A DNA stretch of 53,103 nt, the filler included, from Bipalium vagum (taxonomy: Eukaryota), in the NCBI GenBank assembly GCA_037834085.1. It is 3 parts of 3 records of this genome, joined end to end, with 100 filler letters (N's around TTAATTAATTAA, not from the genome) between each part and the next. Parts side by side here need not be neighbours in the genome. Positions count along the whole stretch, not along the records: positions 16,115 to 32,781 come from JBBMKC010099588.1; positions 32,882 to 53,103 come from JBBMKC010257583.1; 1 more part is not named here. One strand, written 5' to 3'. The translations under genes and the position numbers were made by a program. The notes under the pieces are model-generated. The model saw only the letters and a program-made list of their open reading frames with translations. It made no database searches and was not told the origin of the DNA. Shown here piece after piece: positions 21,601 through 34,100 of the stretch. Each line of letters begins with the position of its first letter. Positions within the stretch are counted from its first letter, which is position 1.

Positions 21601-24600
21601 TAATAATAAAAATTATTTTAAAGATCTTAAAAATATTAGGCAACTTCTAATATCAATAGGATTATATATAAAATCAAATTATGATGAATTATATTAATTA
21701 AAATATATTGATATTTATGATGAGGATATAATTGATAGATTTTGAAATAAATTAAGAAAAAACAATGATATAAATAAAATATTTAGAGTGACAAATAAAA
21801 AAATAATTATGACGGAAGATAATGAGACAAATTTTAATAGTTCTAAAGAATTTATTTAATAATAAAGATGTGGAAGAACATACCCATAAAGTCCGTGGTC
21901 ATGATCATTTAAATGGTGATTATAGAGAAGTAGCATACCATAAATGTAATAAAAATGTCTTTATTATATTTTATTTTCATAATGGGCCAAGTTATGATTT
22001 TCACCTAATTTTTAATGAATTTGGAACAAGATTTCTCAATGAAATAGAAAAAAATTGGTTAATACTGTTGAAAAATATATTTTTATTTAGTTGGAGAAAT
22101 ATTAGATTTTTAGACTGATATAGAATGTGTACGCAAAATGTCTCTGTTGGGAAAATGGGGGATATTTTATTAGAAACAAATAATCATAAAATATTGAACT
22201 CATTCAATTTAAAACCTTAAAAATAAGTTTTCCTTATTATTATAAGACTGGGGATAATTTTAATGAAATTTATGAAATATTTAATTCTAATAAAGTTCCC
22301 ATACTTATGAAGATTTTTCCAATGATTTAAAACAAGAATATAACTAATAAAGAAGATAAAAATGTTATAATAGATTTTAATAACTATAAAAATATGAAAG
22401 ACTATATTTTATATATTATATATATTATTTCATTATACTGATCCTTGCTATTGTTGTTATTCCTTATCTGGTTTATCATGGAATACTGGTCAAAAATATT
22501 CTAAAGTGAAATTAAAATATCTAAAAATGAAACAAATAATCAATTATTAATGATTGAAAAATGTACAAGAAGAGGAGTATCATCATTATTAGGAAATAGA
22601 TCGATTGAATTAAATAATAAAATAATTAATGAAAATTGGTTTTATTTATGAGGTTGATTTAGAATGTCGAAAGAATTAAAAAATCCAACAATATTTTTCA
22701 TTTTGACCTGAAAAAATAAAAGTAAATTCTAATTTTTAATAATTTATTTTAAATAATAATGTGAGATTAGAACAAAATAAACAGTGTTCGTATTATAAAA
22801 TATAATTTACTATGAAAACCTTATGATTTCAAGAACCTTTAATTAAAATGTTCATGTTAAGCTTTGTTTAAGCAGGGTTCATATTAAACAGACTGCACTT
22901 TAAATATTATAATATGTATGTAGGTATATAATAATAAAGGTATATAAATAATATTTTATATTTTGTTTTGTTATACTATTTTAGTTAATTATTTATTCTC
23001 ATCCACGATAGTCACCTGACTAGCTCTTACTGACTATCATTTATTTAGGTCGCTGCAAAAAATTTTGAAAAGGAAATCATGAACCACTTAAATGCTTTTT
23101 TTCGTTTTTGCAAAATACCCAAAGGGATTCTACTGGCACGGAATGATTAAATGGACAGAAAAACGGATAAAATTTGACGTTTCATGTTTTTATAAAAAAT
23201 TGAAAAGGATTATTTCCCAACCCAATATAAAGATAGAGAAAACTTTGTAAACAAATATTATTAGTATAAATAGTAAGAAATAAAACTGGACACAATTATG
23301 AAATAAAGTTTTATCAATCCTTAACGAAAAATACAGTTTATTTTATCTGAGAGTTCTTTTTTCAATTACCATTCTGAAATTTATGAATTATCTGAACTTT
23401 AAGTTGATAAATTAAAAAAAATATCAGTATTAATATTTTTTCACAATTAGTTACTATCACACGTAACTTACACCAATTTCTGCACCATCTTCGTCCTCAG
23501 AATCTTCGTCCTTAGGGTTATATATTAGAGGCCACCAGCCTCTGACTTTTTTATTTCTGAAAAGATTAAATTTAGCACAGGCTTCCGTATGTTGAAATGG
23601 GTCACAGGATCTGTAATATTTTGCTGGTTTAGGAAATTTACTCAATCTGAATTTCAGCTTTCCTAAAAACTCATTAAAAGAGCGTTTATGGAGTACAGAT
23701 ACCAATTTTACCGATAATTCTGTCAGCAAAAATAATTCCGGAGTCTAGGACTTGAAGATTAAGAAAACAAGGGGTTTTATATTCTGCTTCATCAATTTCG
23801 TAAACGTTTTTCCGATAATAGACAACGCTGTCCTCAGCTTTAAGATAGTCAAATTTAAAAACAAACCGATAATTGAATAATCCTTGTCCCGACAATGATC
23901 TAAATATCAGTGTGAACATTTTTAACTATCGGGATTATCAATACTTTTAGAAATTATTAGTTTTAGAAAATTAGTTTTAGTTTTCTCTATATTCACAAAA
24001 TATTAATTATTATTAAAGTTATTATAATACAATTATTAGTTCTACTAACCCCTTTCTTAGTAACAACTGTTTACTTTGACTAATCAATTTGAATCTTAAT
24101 GAATGGAAATAAAGGTCATCAGGCTTGCTTTATTATTTATTTAAGGTTTTTAAAGCCTGTCAAAGTATAGATTAAGCTAAAGGTCATAAATTAGGGAAAT
24201 ATATTTTACATTATATCTTTAGTATTGTTCCAAAAATAAAATCATGGCTAAGAAACGAAAATTTTTAATGCAGAGGCTTAAAATGAATTTGTTGAAATGG
24301 GTGATTAATTAAATAAAGTTAAAATAGGTAATAATTAATTAATTAGTTTTATGTATAATTAATTCTTTTAAACAATAATAATAATAATAAATAATTTTGC
24401 AGGAAAAATATTAATATAATATTGAATAATAATTTAATGAAAAATATAATATATATTAGGTTGTCCCAAAAGTTCTTGAGGTTTTGAAACAATTTTTTAT
24501 TAAACACAGGCAACATACGAATAATTTTAAACAAATCAATGTCCATTTGCCTCTACACAGTTCTTCCACAAAATAGGCATTTTTCAAATCTACTCCTGAA

Positions 24601-27600
24601 CCAGTTTTCATGTTTTCCATTAAAAAATATATGAAGCGTTCATGAGGTCTTTTTCTTCTTTAAAGCATTGACCCCGTAAGGACTGCTTTAAAGGTCCAAA
24701 CATATGGTAGTCGAGTGGAAAAAGTCAGGCGAGTAAGTAGGGTGACAAAGCAATTCCCATCAAAATGGGAATTGCTTATTTGGAGCTTTATTTAACAGTA
24801 TGGGATCTGATGAAAAAAGAAAATTTTCGCGACCAAGTTGTGAAAGGAGAACGACGAGGCTTACCATATACTCGGTTTAGTTGGGCTTAATAGACATTTC
24901 CATTGATGGTTTGACTACATAAAAAAGTTCCCAGTGTACAAGTCATGATGTACACTAAATACAGAGAAGTTGTTTTCGTGAGTGAACCAGTTTGGGATTG
25001 GGTTCAGCAATCTGGTTTTTGGGAAACTATTGATTATCTGGTCGGCGGTTATTGTAGAGAACCCAAGACTTATCATATGTTAAAATTTGATTTAAGGAAA
25101 ATTTGGTTTCGTTTAAACGAAGCAAAGCCTTGCAAGCCTGAACAATTTTTTGCCTTTGAACTTCTGTCAAATCATGAGGAATCATTCTGCCTTTCCTGAA
25201 TCGCAATTATTTTTATGCAAATGCTTTTGTATAGAGGATTTTGCCTGTCCAGTTCAGTTAGCCAATTTGCGAGTTTTTTAACGGGTGTTGGTCTTTCGGA
25301 ACGCTGTTTATCATTGGTCGAGGTTCCATCTTCAGAGTTTTTTGAACTAGAATTGGGCTGTTTATATCTTCATGGCCAACGCTTTATTAATATTTCTTTA
25401 TGCTCCGGATGCTGAGTTGCCTTATTCATATTCGTACAGCAGTCGGTCCCTATTGATCAATTTTTGTCTTTTCATTTGACAAACATTATGTATGTTTTCA
25501 AAAAAGTTACTTCTGTTATATTATTCATTGTTCATACTGCCCGGAAAGGTTTCCAAGTTATATTAATATTAAACTTTCGCACAAAATGAATAAATAAACA
25601 ACAATATTAAATTTGTGACAAAGTCAAATCTATAATTGATTTTCAAAATGTTTTACAAAGCGATATATATCTACAATATCAAAAGCGCAATAACTTTTGA
25701 GCCAACTTAATAAATAAATAAAATTAAAAGTGAAAAATTGGCAATAAAATTTTTTTTATTAAATTCTAACCCTGTCTTACGCGGTGTTGTTTTAATTTTT
25801 CCCTTTTCAATTCTTGTATTATGTACATCTTTAAATAAACTTGTTAAAATATAAATAAAGACTTTCTCCTTATTTTTAAATCAAATAATAATCTACCTTT
25901 TGAGATGGTAATAAAATAAACAATGATAAATATCTTACTTGTAATGAACATCAGTCTTCTGTAGGTCAATGTCTGTTGACTTCATCCAACCTTTGAGAAA
26001 AATGTCCACAGTTTTTTCATTTGTGAAGAAATTGACATTAACTAGGCGCACCTTTTCGGTTTGAATGATAGTGAGTCTAAGTTCATAACCAATCGGTTTT
26101 CTAGGAGTTATATCTATTGGAGCCGGTATTGCAGCGCCGGCTGGATACATATCAACCCACATTTCCAGTAAACCTTGTTGAATGCCAGGTTTTTCGGGTA
26201 AGAAAAGTGGACGTGTTTCGATATGCTCAGTAACGAGCTTATTGCCAGGAATGATTTCTTCCCAGTGCTGAAGAACCTCCAAAGCCAATGGTTCCAAAGA
26301 CTTGATTTGAGCTAAATTAATTATATATTATATTTTTATTATCAGAATCGAAGATTAAATTCCTTTTAAAAAAATGTCTATTTCCTTTTTAAAAATAAAA
26401 CATCATGAATAATCTATTTCATAATCACTAAAAGACCTTAAGAAAATGATAATCAAAATAAAAGCACTTCTGAGAGACTGATATATAGCAGACTGTCTAA
26501 TCATTTTTAGCAAGGATGAAATTATTTGGTGTGTGAATTAATTCTATCCGTTTTTAAAATACAAAACCATTTTATAATGAAAAAACAAGTACATGTACAA
26601 TAATCGAAGTATTTCCGATCGTTTTTTTAAAAAAAGATTTAAATAAATTCCTTCTTTTGATTATGACTTTGGATTTATATTATTCAATTTCAAAACTCTT
26701 ATTCCAATGAGAAGCAAAGTGCACTTACACCCGTCGTCATCTTCTATCATGGTTTCTGCAGTAAATGTTTTGCCGCCAATCTCAACTTTATCAGCTATTT
26801 TGTCATATACAGGAGCCTCGATCTCATTTTCTTCACACAATGACTTCAATATAGAGGTCGGTAGCTGGTGATCTTTCCATTTTAGGTAGCCGTGGCTGAA
26901 TAAAAATATTTTTGGAAATTATGAAAAAAAAGAAAAATTTTCTTTTCAAAAAAATTAACTTTGATATATACCAAAGGAAAGTTAAGTTCTAAATTGGAGA
27001 TGCCTCTTCAGTCATAAATTACATTTATAATAATGTAAAATTTTATTGAAACTAGAGCAATCAATAATAAAGGGATTAAAAGAATAAAATATTCTCTCAA
27101 GGCAAAAACAGAGAATGAACTTTTCAAAGTGTTTTTGATGAAGCATAGGAAACATATTCCTCTGTCTGATAATATTCTTCTAAATCAGTGGCATTAATTA
27201 ACCACATTTTATTATAGTTGTACATTATTACTTGTAATTCCTGGATGGCTACCATCATTTTAAAGACCAGCATATTAAAATCAAGGTAATAAAATGTGAA
27301 GAAATCTACTAGATAAAAATCAAAAACTAAAAAATTTTCTAATTTTGTTCTATAATGTTTTAGTGCACCCGATTGGAATAGAATTTTCCAATATAGAGAT
27401 GTGATACTTACCACCGAATATCTCTTCAATTTTTCAGACAATAGATCAAGGAGTAATTCTGTTTTTTTAAGAAAAATTATAAAAAATACTTAGCAGGAAT
27501 TTATTCCTTGAACCTGAATCACTAAATATTGATTATCATTTATTAATTAACATTTTTGAACTGATAGATGTGCTTCAAATAATAATCCTTCAATAACGTT

Positions 27601-30600
27601 AGCGTCGATTTCAGAGAGAGCTTTAAAACTGTTATGTAGATTGTACATGTTTTATGAAAACCGAAGATGACGATAATGATTTTCCAGCATTTGGTCAATT
27701 ACCCGATAATTATATTGATTTCATTGAAAAATCTTTTTTTGGATTTACAGAGGCAACTTATCATTCAGAGGATCCAGAAGAAGAAATTGATTTTATTATT
27801 TGAAAATAGTGAAAAGTTCAAAGAAATCTAAAGAAATAAGTGTCTGTTTTTCTAATAAAAAATTTCTACATAAAATTGAATTTTCCAAAGCAACTGGGTT
27901 TGGTATTGGAAGACGAATGAAAATATCAAAAGCAAAAAAATAATATTAGAATCATTAAAAAGTAAACAAAATACTTAACAAAAAGTGTCTAATATTGGTG
28001 TATGTTAGCGGTGATATCAACAAAATCAGTCATAGTTTTAAAGATATATTTTTGAATGCTTTTTAATACAATAATACTTAAACAAATGTTCCATTCTTAA
28101 TAAATTAAAATATTGTGCCATTAAAAGTCAAAATAAAAATTATTTTAAAATAAATATTAAAATTAAATTTACAATTAATTAAAACTTTAAAGTAGGCAAA
28201 TATAAAAATTAGAAATCCGTTTAAATATTCACAGTGTAAAAGAAGAAGATTACTATAAAAGATGTATAATATAAAGCTTAACAATTATTACCAACTATTG
28301 ACCGTTAAAATAACCTTGAAATCTTTAAAAAATCATTTATAAAGTTCTTTCAAGATACTTTGGTATTTTTTAAAATTTAACAAGTAATGTACGACACCTT
28401 TAATAAAACAAACGTTTTTATCATCTCTGTTAATTTTAAATGCGTTGATTTTCTTGGAGTAAAACGTTTAAAAGTTTTTAATAAATATAAAATAAATTAC
28501 TTGATCCCTTTATAATTTCATCCTTAAATTGTTTAAATGATATCTAAGAATTAAAGAACATATAAACAAATTAAGAATTTCTTTTTATGAGAACTAGAAA
28601 TTTATTTTTCATATACACCGAAATTAAATCAACATTTATTCTTTATAAATGGTGGTCAAGGTTTAATTGCGCATTGTTTAAATTGCTCTTGTGTTAAATT
28701 TATTAAATTTCTTTCTTTATTTTTTTGAATATTCTAGATCAACTATTTCAATTTAACGATTTACAAGTTTAGTTTTTAAATTGCTATCAAGATGAAGTCA
28801 AAAAAGTGTGAAGATGAAGCCAAGAGAATTATTCAGTTTTTCGTGACAATAATGGAGATCGAAAGATAACGATTAAGCACTTCGTAGATGAAGGATGCAA
28901 AAGACGAACAATTCAGCAAGTGTTGAAACGTTGTGTTGATACTGATAAAATTGGATACTCCAAGAAATCAGGTCCACAGCCATCTGTGTTAACTGTTAAG
29001 CAGCTGAAGAAGATCAAGAATCATTATATGCTCAATCAAAACATCAGTGTACGTTCAACAGCTACTAAATTCAAAATTTCAAAAACTAGTGTAGCGAATG
29101 CGAAGAAGAAATTGAGAATCAAGTCTAAGAAGAAGATTACTGGTCCAAAATATGTGAAAGATCACTTAGAAAACTGTACAAACTGTCGATTCCGTCTGGC
29201 GGTAATGGGCTCTTCGTCATGGATGATGAAACATACTGAAAAATTGATCCATCTCAGGTACCAGGTAATGAATATTACAACATAGTCGGCGATTGTGAGA
29301 TTCATGATGAATTTAAAACAAAGAGAAAATCTAAGTTCTATCTTAAATATTTGGTATGGCAGCCGATTGCGCAGGATGGTCAAATTTCAGAACCTTATAT
29401 CACGTCTGGAACGATTAACAAGCAAGTTTATCTCGAAGAATGTGTCAAGAAGTATTTAGTTCCATTTATAAACAAATTGAAACAAGATCACGACGTAATC
29501 TTCTGGCGAGATATGGCTACATCGCATTATGCTACAATTGTGTGCAATTATCTAAATGAGCATAAATTGATTTTATAACCAAAGAGAGAAATGCACCAGC
29601 TGTACCTAACCAAAGACCAGTAGATCGTTTCTGGGTATTGTGCAAGAGAAGTTACAAAGAATTGAACAAGGAATGTGACACAATTCGCAAATTTAAGAAT
29701 GCTTGGGTGAAGATTTCAAAGGAAGTAGCCCAGAAAAGCGGTTCTAATCTGTGTACAATTTTCAATAATAATTTGTACACTGGTGGCTATAAAGGACTGT
29801 AGTTTTATTGAATTCAAATATATGTATCTGTGTTATTTGTATTTCAAAAGAAAGTTTTAAAAAATTTCATTCAGTTCAAATTTTATTTACCTTTCAACAT
29901 CGCGAAATTAAACCTTGACTACCCTTTATTTATAACTTTAAACAAAAGACCACCGACTTGTGATATGATGGCATTATACCACATGATCCGCGATGTGGAC
30001 TAAGCCATCTGTTTTCCAAGTCGATGGTGGTTTCACCTATCAAATCATCTTTGGTCAATCTGTCCCAGTCAAAGACTTGAATTAGAAGAAAACTTTCTTG
30101 AGGAAAGGTTACTTCCATTTCAAAACAATTTCCGAACATTGGGTTTAATGTTTTTGGAATGTAATTATCTCTGTCTCTGATTTCTTTCTCTCCGAGCTTT
30201 ATCAATATATACGGATCTGACTTTCCATTTAGATCACTTGGATGGAGATTGATTGCCTGAGACCAGATAATAAATAATTTGACAGGTAGAATTATGTACT
30301 CTTATAATGTACACCCGAACCAGAAAATCGACCGGATTAATATCACGGAGTGATTTAAAAAGTCTAAGACTTTTTTTCTTTTCTACTTCCCTTTCTTCTT
30401 TGATTCTTTCCTTTTCTTCTCTCATTTCATCGTCAATATCTTCATCTTCATTTTCACTTTCTATATCGTCTTTTTCCTGTATATCTTCCACCAAGTCTGG
30501 GTCAATGTTGTAAATAGAAATATTCCCCTGTTTATCAAATATGATTTTACAATTTCAACTGCACAAAAACCACTGAACCTTAAAAACGCCTGCAAATCTA

Positions 30601-32245
30601 TCAGGACTTTCAAAAAGATCATCATCATCCTCCTGTTTACCATGATAGAGTGGGAATGACATAAATGGATAGTGGAATCCACCAAAATCCTTCACATTCT
30701 CCAATTCGCATGGATATATCTTAAGAAAAATCATTGTCGTAATAATAAGAAATATTTCCTCACTTTTATTCTTTCAATCCATGAATTATCTACGAAAAAG
30801 TCCTCTTCCATTTTTAGGTTTTCTGGCTCTTCTTCCAAAAACATTGCCTTGGAACTTTTCTAATTAAAGTTTTAAAATATTCTTTTAAAAAATCTGGTAC
30901 CTGAAAAGGATTAACGATTTTCTTCTTTCTTTTCCTTTTCTTTTTCTTTCTTTTTTTCTTTTTTATCGGTCCATCGTCGGGTATATCAACAACATCTTCG
31001 TCCTCCTCTACAATTGTGAAGTGTTCAATAAAAAAATATAAAATAACATTTTTAATTATTATTTATAAATCTAATAATATAAGAATACCTTGAAATATAA
31101 AAAAAATAATAAATTATTATTATTTTTAAATTATTTATAAATTACACTGTCCAGCAGTGAAAAAAAGACAAGAAATTTAAAATTTTGTAACCATGGATAC
31201 AGATCACGAATTTAAAATCTATGGTAACTGCTTTGTTGATTAAATATTGGTATTTTCAAAAAATTTTACAATATGAGAAATTGACCAGAGTAACTATATC
31301 GAGCTTCTTTCAAAAAAAATGAAACAATGAATGCTGATAAGCATTGTCATCAACTAGACGAACTAAAAGATGCAGTCCATAAAAAAACGTGCAGAATTAG
31401 GTAATCAAAAAGGAGTGATATTTCACCAGGTGAACACCAGACCTTAAGTAACAAAGTGTGTGCTGTGAAAATCTTCAGAGTTGCCTGATATCGCTCGTTC
31501 AGACTACCATCTCGTCCTTCCCTTGTAAAATAATTTAGATGGAAAAGAATATCGATCTTTAGAAGTAATCAAAATTCTCCTGGTCAAGTAATTCAGTCAA
31601 CACAATTCTTTCTGACAGTATCATAAAACTGTCCGAAACAGGGAGACAGATAATCGATCATAGTTGTGTATATATTGTTTAATAAATATATTTATGTTAC
31701 CTACAAGACTTTAAAACATCTACAAAAAAAACGAACGAATTTTATGTTCAACCAAATAATAATATTGAAAAAATATCAACAGTACTATGATCAAAAAAAT
31801 CAAAATTCTCACCGTCGCTTTTAACCAATATTGAGATGTCATTAAGCACGTATCCCGTCACTTCATCTTCACTTTCACTCTCTGAGATCTTCTCCACCTC
31901 AACCTTTTCCTGAATAGTTAAGCTCATTATTCACTGTATTAAGCAGTTAAAAAAGCGATATAAAAATTCAAATAATTGATTTTATTTCATATTTAATTAA
32001 TTTGATTTGCAGATCTGAAATTTAGAAGAATTAATCAATTTTGTGTACCAAATCAAAATCATTTAATTAAAAATGTAACTCTCTATTCTCATTCTTTGTT
32101 TAAAAGATAAAGTAAATTTTAAGAGAAATCATTAATATTAAACCTTTGTATTATCTCCCATATCTCCAATGGTTGCGTAATACCTGTCCCACCAGTCTGC
32201 CGATTCCAATTCTTCTCTTGGAATAACAGGCTTAACTTGCTCCAC
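18637..32245 (-). CDS. Otoferlin-like ferlin, C-terminal ~760 aa (C2E, C2F, TM)
   Basis: Exons 32245-32144, 31909-31813, 31007-30901, 30859-30764, 30719-30579, 30527-30300, 30256-29958, 26895-26729, 26311-25939, 23899-23712, 23662-23472, 19679-19579, 18829-18637 splice in phase. Motifs [52 protein letters not shown] and a C-terminal TM. Confidence 0.92.
20850..22870 (+). pseudogene. Decayed Maverick DNA polymerase B (type with EndoVII-like HDH motif) in a ferlin intron
   Basis: [24 protein letters not shown]...[60 protein letters not shown]. Confidence 0.85.
24456..25710 (-). mobile_element. mariner element, decayed, near full length, in a ferlin intron
   Basis: Imperfect TIRs TTAGGTTGTCCCAAAAGTT / AACTTTTGAGCCAACTTAA with TA flanks. 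Minus strand has HPTYSPD...[14 protein letters not shown]. Confidence 0.85.
28648..29926 (+). mobile_element. Tc1-like element in a ferlin intron
   Basis: TIRs ..GGTGGTCAAGGTTTAATT / AATTAAACCTTGACTACCC with TA flanks. HTH N-terminus plus [36 protein letters not shown]. Confidence 0.88.
31230..31760 (+). mobile_element. mariner 3' fragment
   Basis: [20 protein letters not shown]...[11 protein letters not shown]...[10 protein letters not shown], with a TIR-like 3' end. Confidence 0.75.
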
Positions 32246-32569
32246 CTGATAAATATCAATTGTCATAATGATGATGAAAACAAAATAATGATTAAATTAA
32301 ATAAAAAACATTCATTAATTATATTTTTTTATTTTAAAAAATATTATGAAAAAATAATATTTTGGTTTAATTTCTGTTAAAAAAAATTTAAATTTTGCAC
32401 TAATTAATTTAAATAACTCATTTTCTTATAATGAACTTGTTACTATTTGTTTAGTAAATACTAATTTTAATGAAATGAAATATAAATTCTGTGGATATTA
32501 ATTATAAAGATTATATTTAATATGGAATAAATCAATTTAATTAAACAAGCCTGATTCCTGGTAAATGTA

Positions 32570-32781
32570 CAGTGAAACCTGCATAAATGAACACCTTTGT
32601 TAGTATTTTTACCTTCTAATACAACTGCTGCAATGCAGCCACTCGATTCTGGAATAATTAGAATATTCAAGCTTCGGTATCGTCAACTTTTATTGAATTA
32701 CCTACTGACAGTAAGTGAGATAAATGAAAACGTATTGAAACATTTGCAAACAATAACTGTTAAACATGCGGTAGCATGGAT
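32570..32781 (+). mobile_element. pogo/Tigger (DDE_1) transposase fragment
   Basis: FLPSNTTAAMQPLDSGIIRIFKLRYR...AW. Confidence 0.85.
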
Positions 32782-32881
32782 NNNNNNNNNNNNNNNNNNN
32801 NNNNNNNNNNNNNNNNNNNNNNNNNTTAATTAATTAANNNNNNNNNNNNNNNNNNNNNNNNNNNNNNNNNNNNNNNNNNNN
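32782..32881. other. Assembly gap containing an artificial TTAATTAATTAA spacer
   Basis: Same 100-bp construct as 16015-16114. Unrelated transposon families lie on either side. Confidence 0.9.
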
Positions 32882-33386
32882 TCTGGAAACTGTCACTGGA
32901 GCCAATTACAAAGCAATGCTGGAAGATCTTTTGGTGCCATACTTGAAGAGCCATCGCATATTACGCTCTTCATACTTTCAACAAGATGGTGCAGCACCGC
33001 ACTTTGCGCTCTGTTTTTTCTTAAATCAACACTTTCCTCAAAGATGGATTGGTCGTGGTTCCACAGTAACTTGTCCAGCAAGATCTCCCGATTTAACTCC
33101 ACTATACTTTTTTCTAATGTCTACATGCACAAGCCAAGGAATCTACAGCAATTGGAAACAATTATTCGACAGGAATTTTCAAAAATAGCAATTCATATGT
33201 GTCAAAATCCTATGTCTGCTTTTATTGAGCGTCTTGTAAAATGTATACAGCTTGACAGTAACCAAGTTGAATAAAATAAAACTTTGATTAGTCTACTTGT
33301 TCTTGATCAAAAATTTGTCATGATATTGTTCTCAAAATTATGAAATTTTTATCATTTATATTACCACTGACTTTTGGGACACCCTG
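32882..33386 (+). mobile_element. rosa/DD41D-like transposon 3' half
   Basis: YFQQDGAAPH...WIGRG...PARSPDLTPL. Ends in GGGACACCCTG followed by TA. Confidence 0.85.
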
Positions 33387-33714
33387 TATCATCGAATATA
33401 TGAAATGCACTTAAAACTCTGATAAAATCATCCAACACTCCTCAATAGTGCCAATTCTGCTTCACGTTAACGCTCGGCTCTATTTCACTAATTGAGCCTT
33501 CAAAAATTAAACCTTAAAAATTCTAAATAACAAACAAAACTGGGCCAAACTGGATTTCAACCAAAATTTTAGAAATTATATTACGTTTTATGCTATTCTT
33601 TTCATATTATGAAACTAACTGTTATTTATTGGTGTATGTTCAGAAATCCACTTAGGCGAAGTTACCGAATTAAATAGTATATTTGAAATAATATTTAAAT
33701 TTATTTTTATGAAG

Positions 33715-34100
33715 TACGGATAAAAAGTCCTTAGACTTGTAAATAAATAAAAACCATACTGAAACTAAACTTTGTATTTAGGACAAGTGAACTACATAAG
33801 TAAATAAACTTGATCAATTTTCTATATACTCACCTTCTTTTTTCCATGCACTTCTTCCATCGATTTATCACAGAAAAGCGACCATTTTCAAAGAAAGTAG
33901 TAGGCTTTTCATTGAAAAATTTTTGAACTACTCGTATGGGATCATCTTTAGACTCAATTTTCTGATCTCACAGATGAAACAAGAAAAAATCACTAAGAAT
34001 TAAATCAGGGCTATGAGGTGTATCCGCAGTTTAGTTATCTGTATGAACTGGAACATGAAAAGAAATAAGTCTTGATTGTTTGGCTATACTTTTTATCCAT
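33715..34100 (-). mobile_element. mariner-derived remnant
   Basis: Minus strand reads RWKKCMEK.EGEYIEK, a typical mariner C-terminus. Confidence 0.5.

Noticed and set aside
24945-25415. Plus-strand ORFs in the ORF track (also antisense ORFs over CCT8, ferlin and WDR1)
   Set aside because: Shadow frames opposite transposase or host exons.
33400-33510. Candidate upstream ferlin exon
   Set aside because: All minus-strand frames contain stops and show no ferlin similarity.
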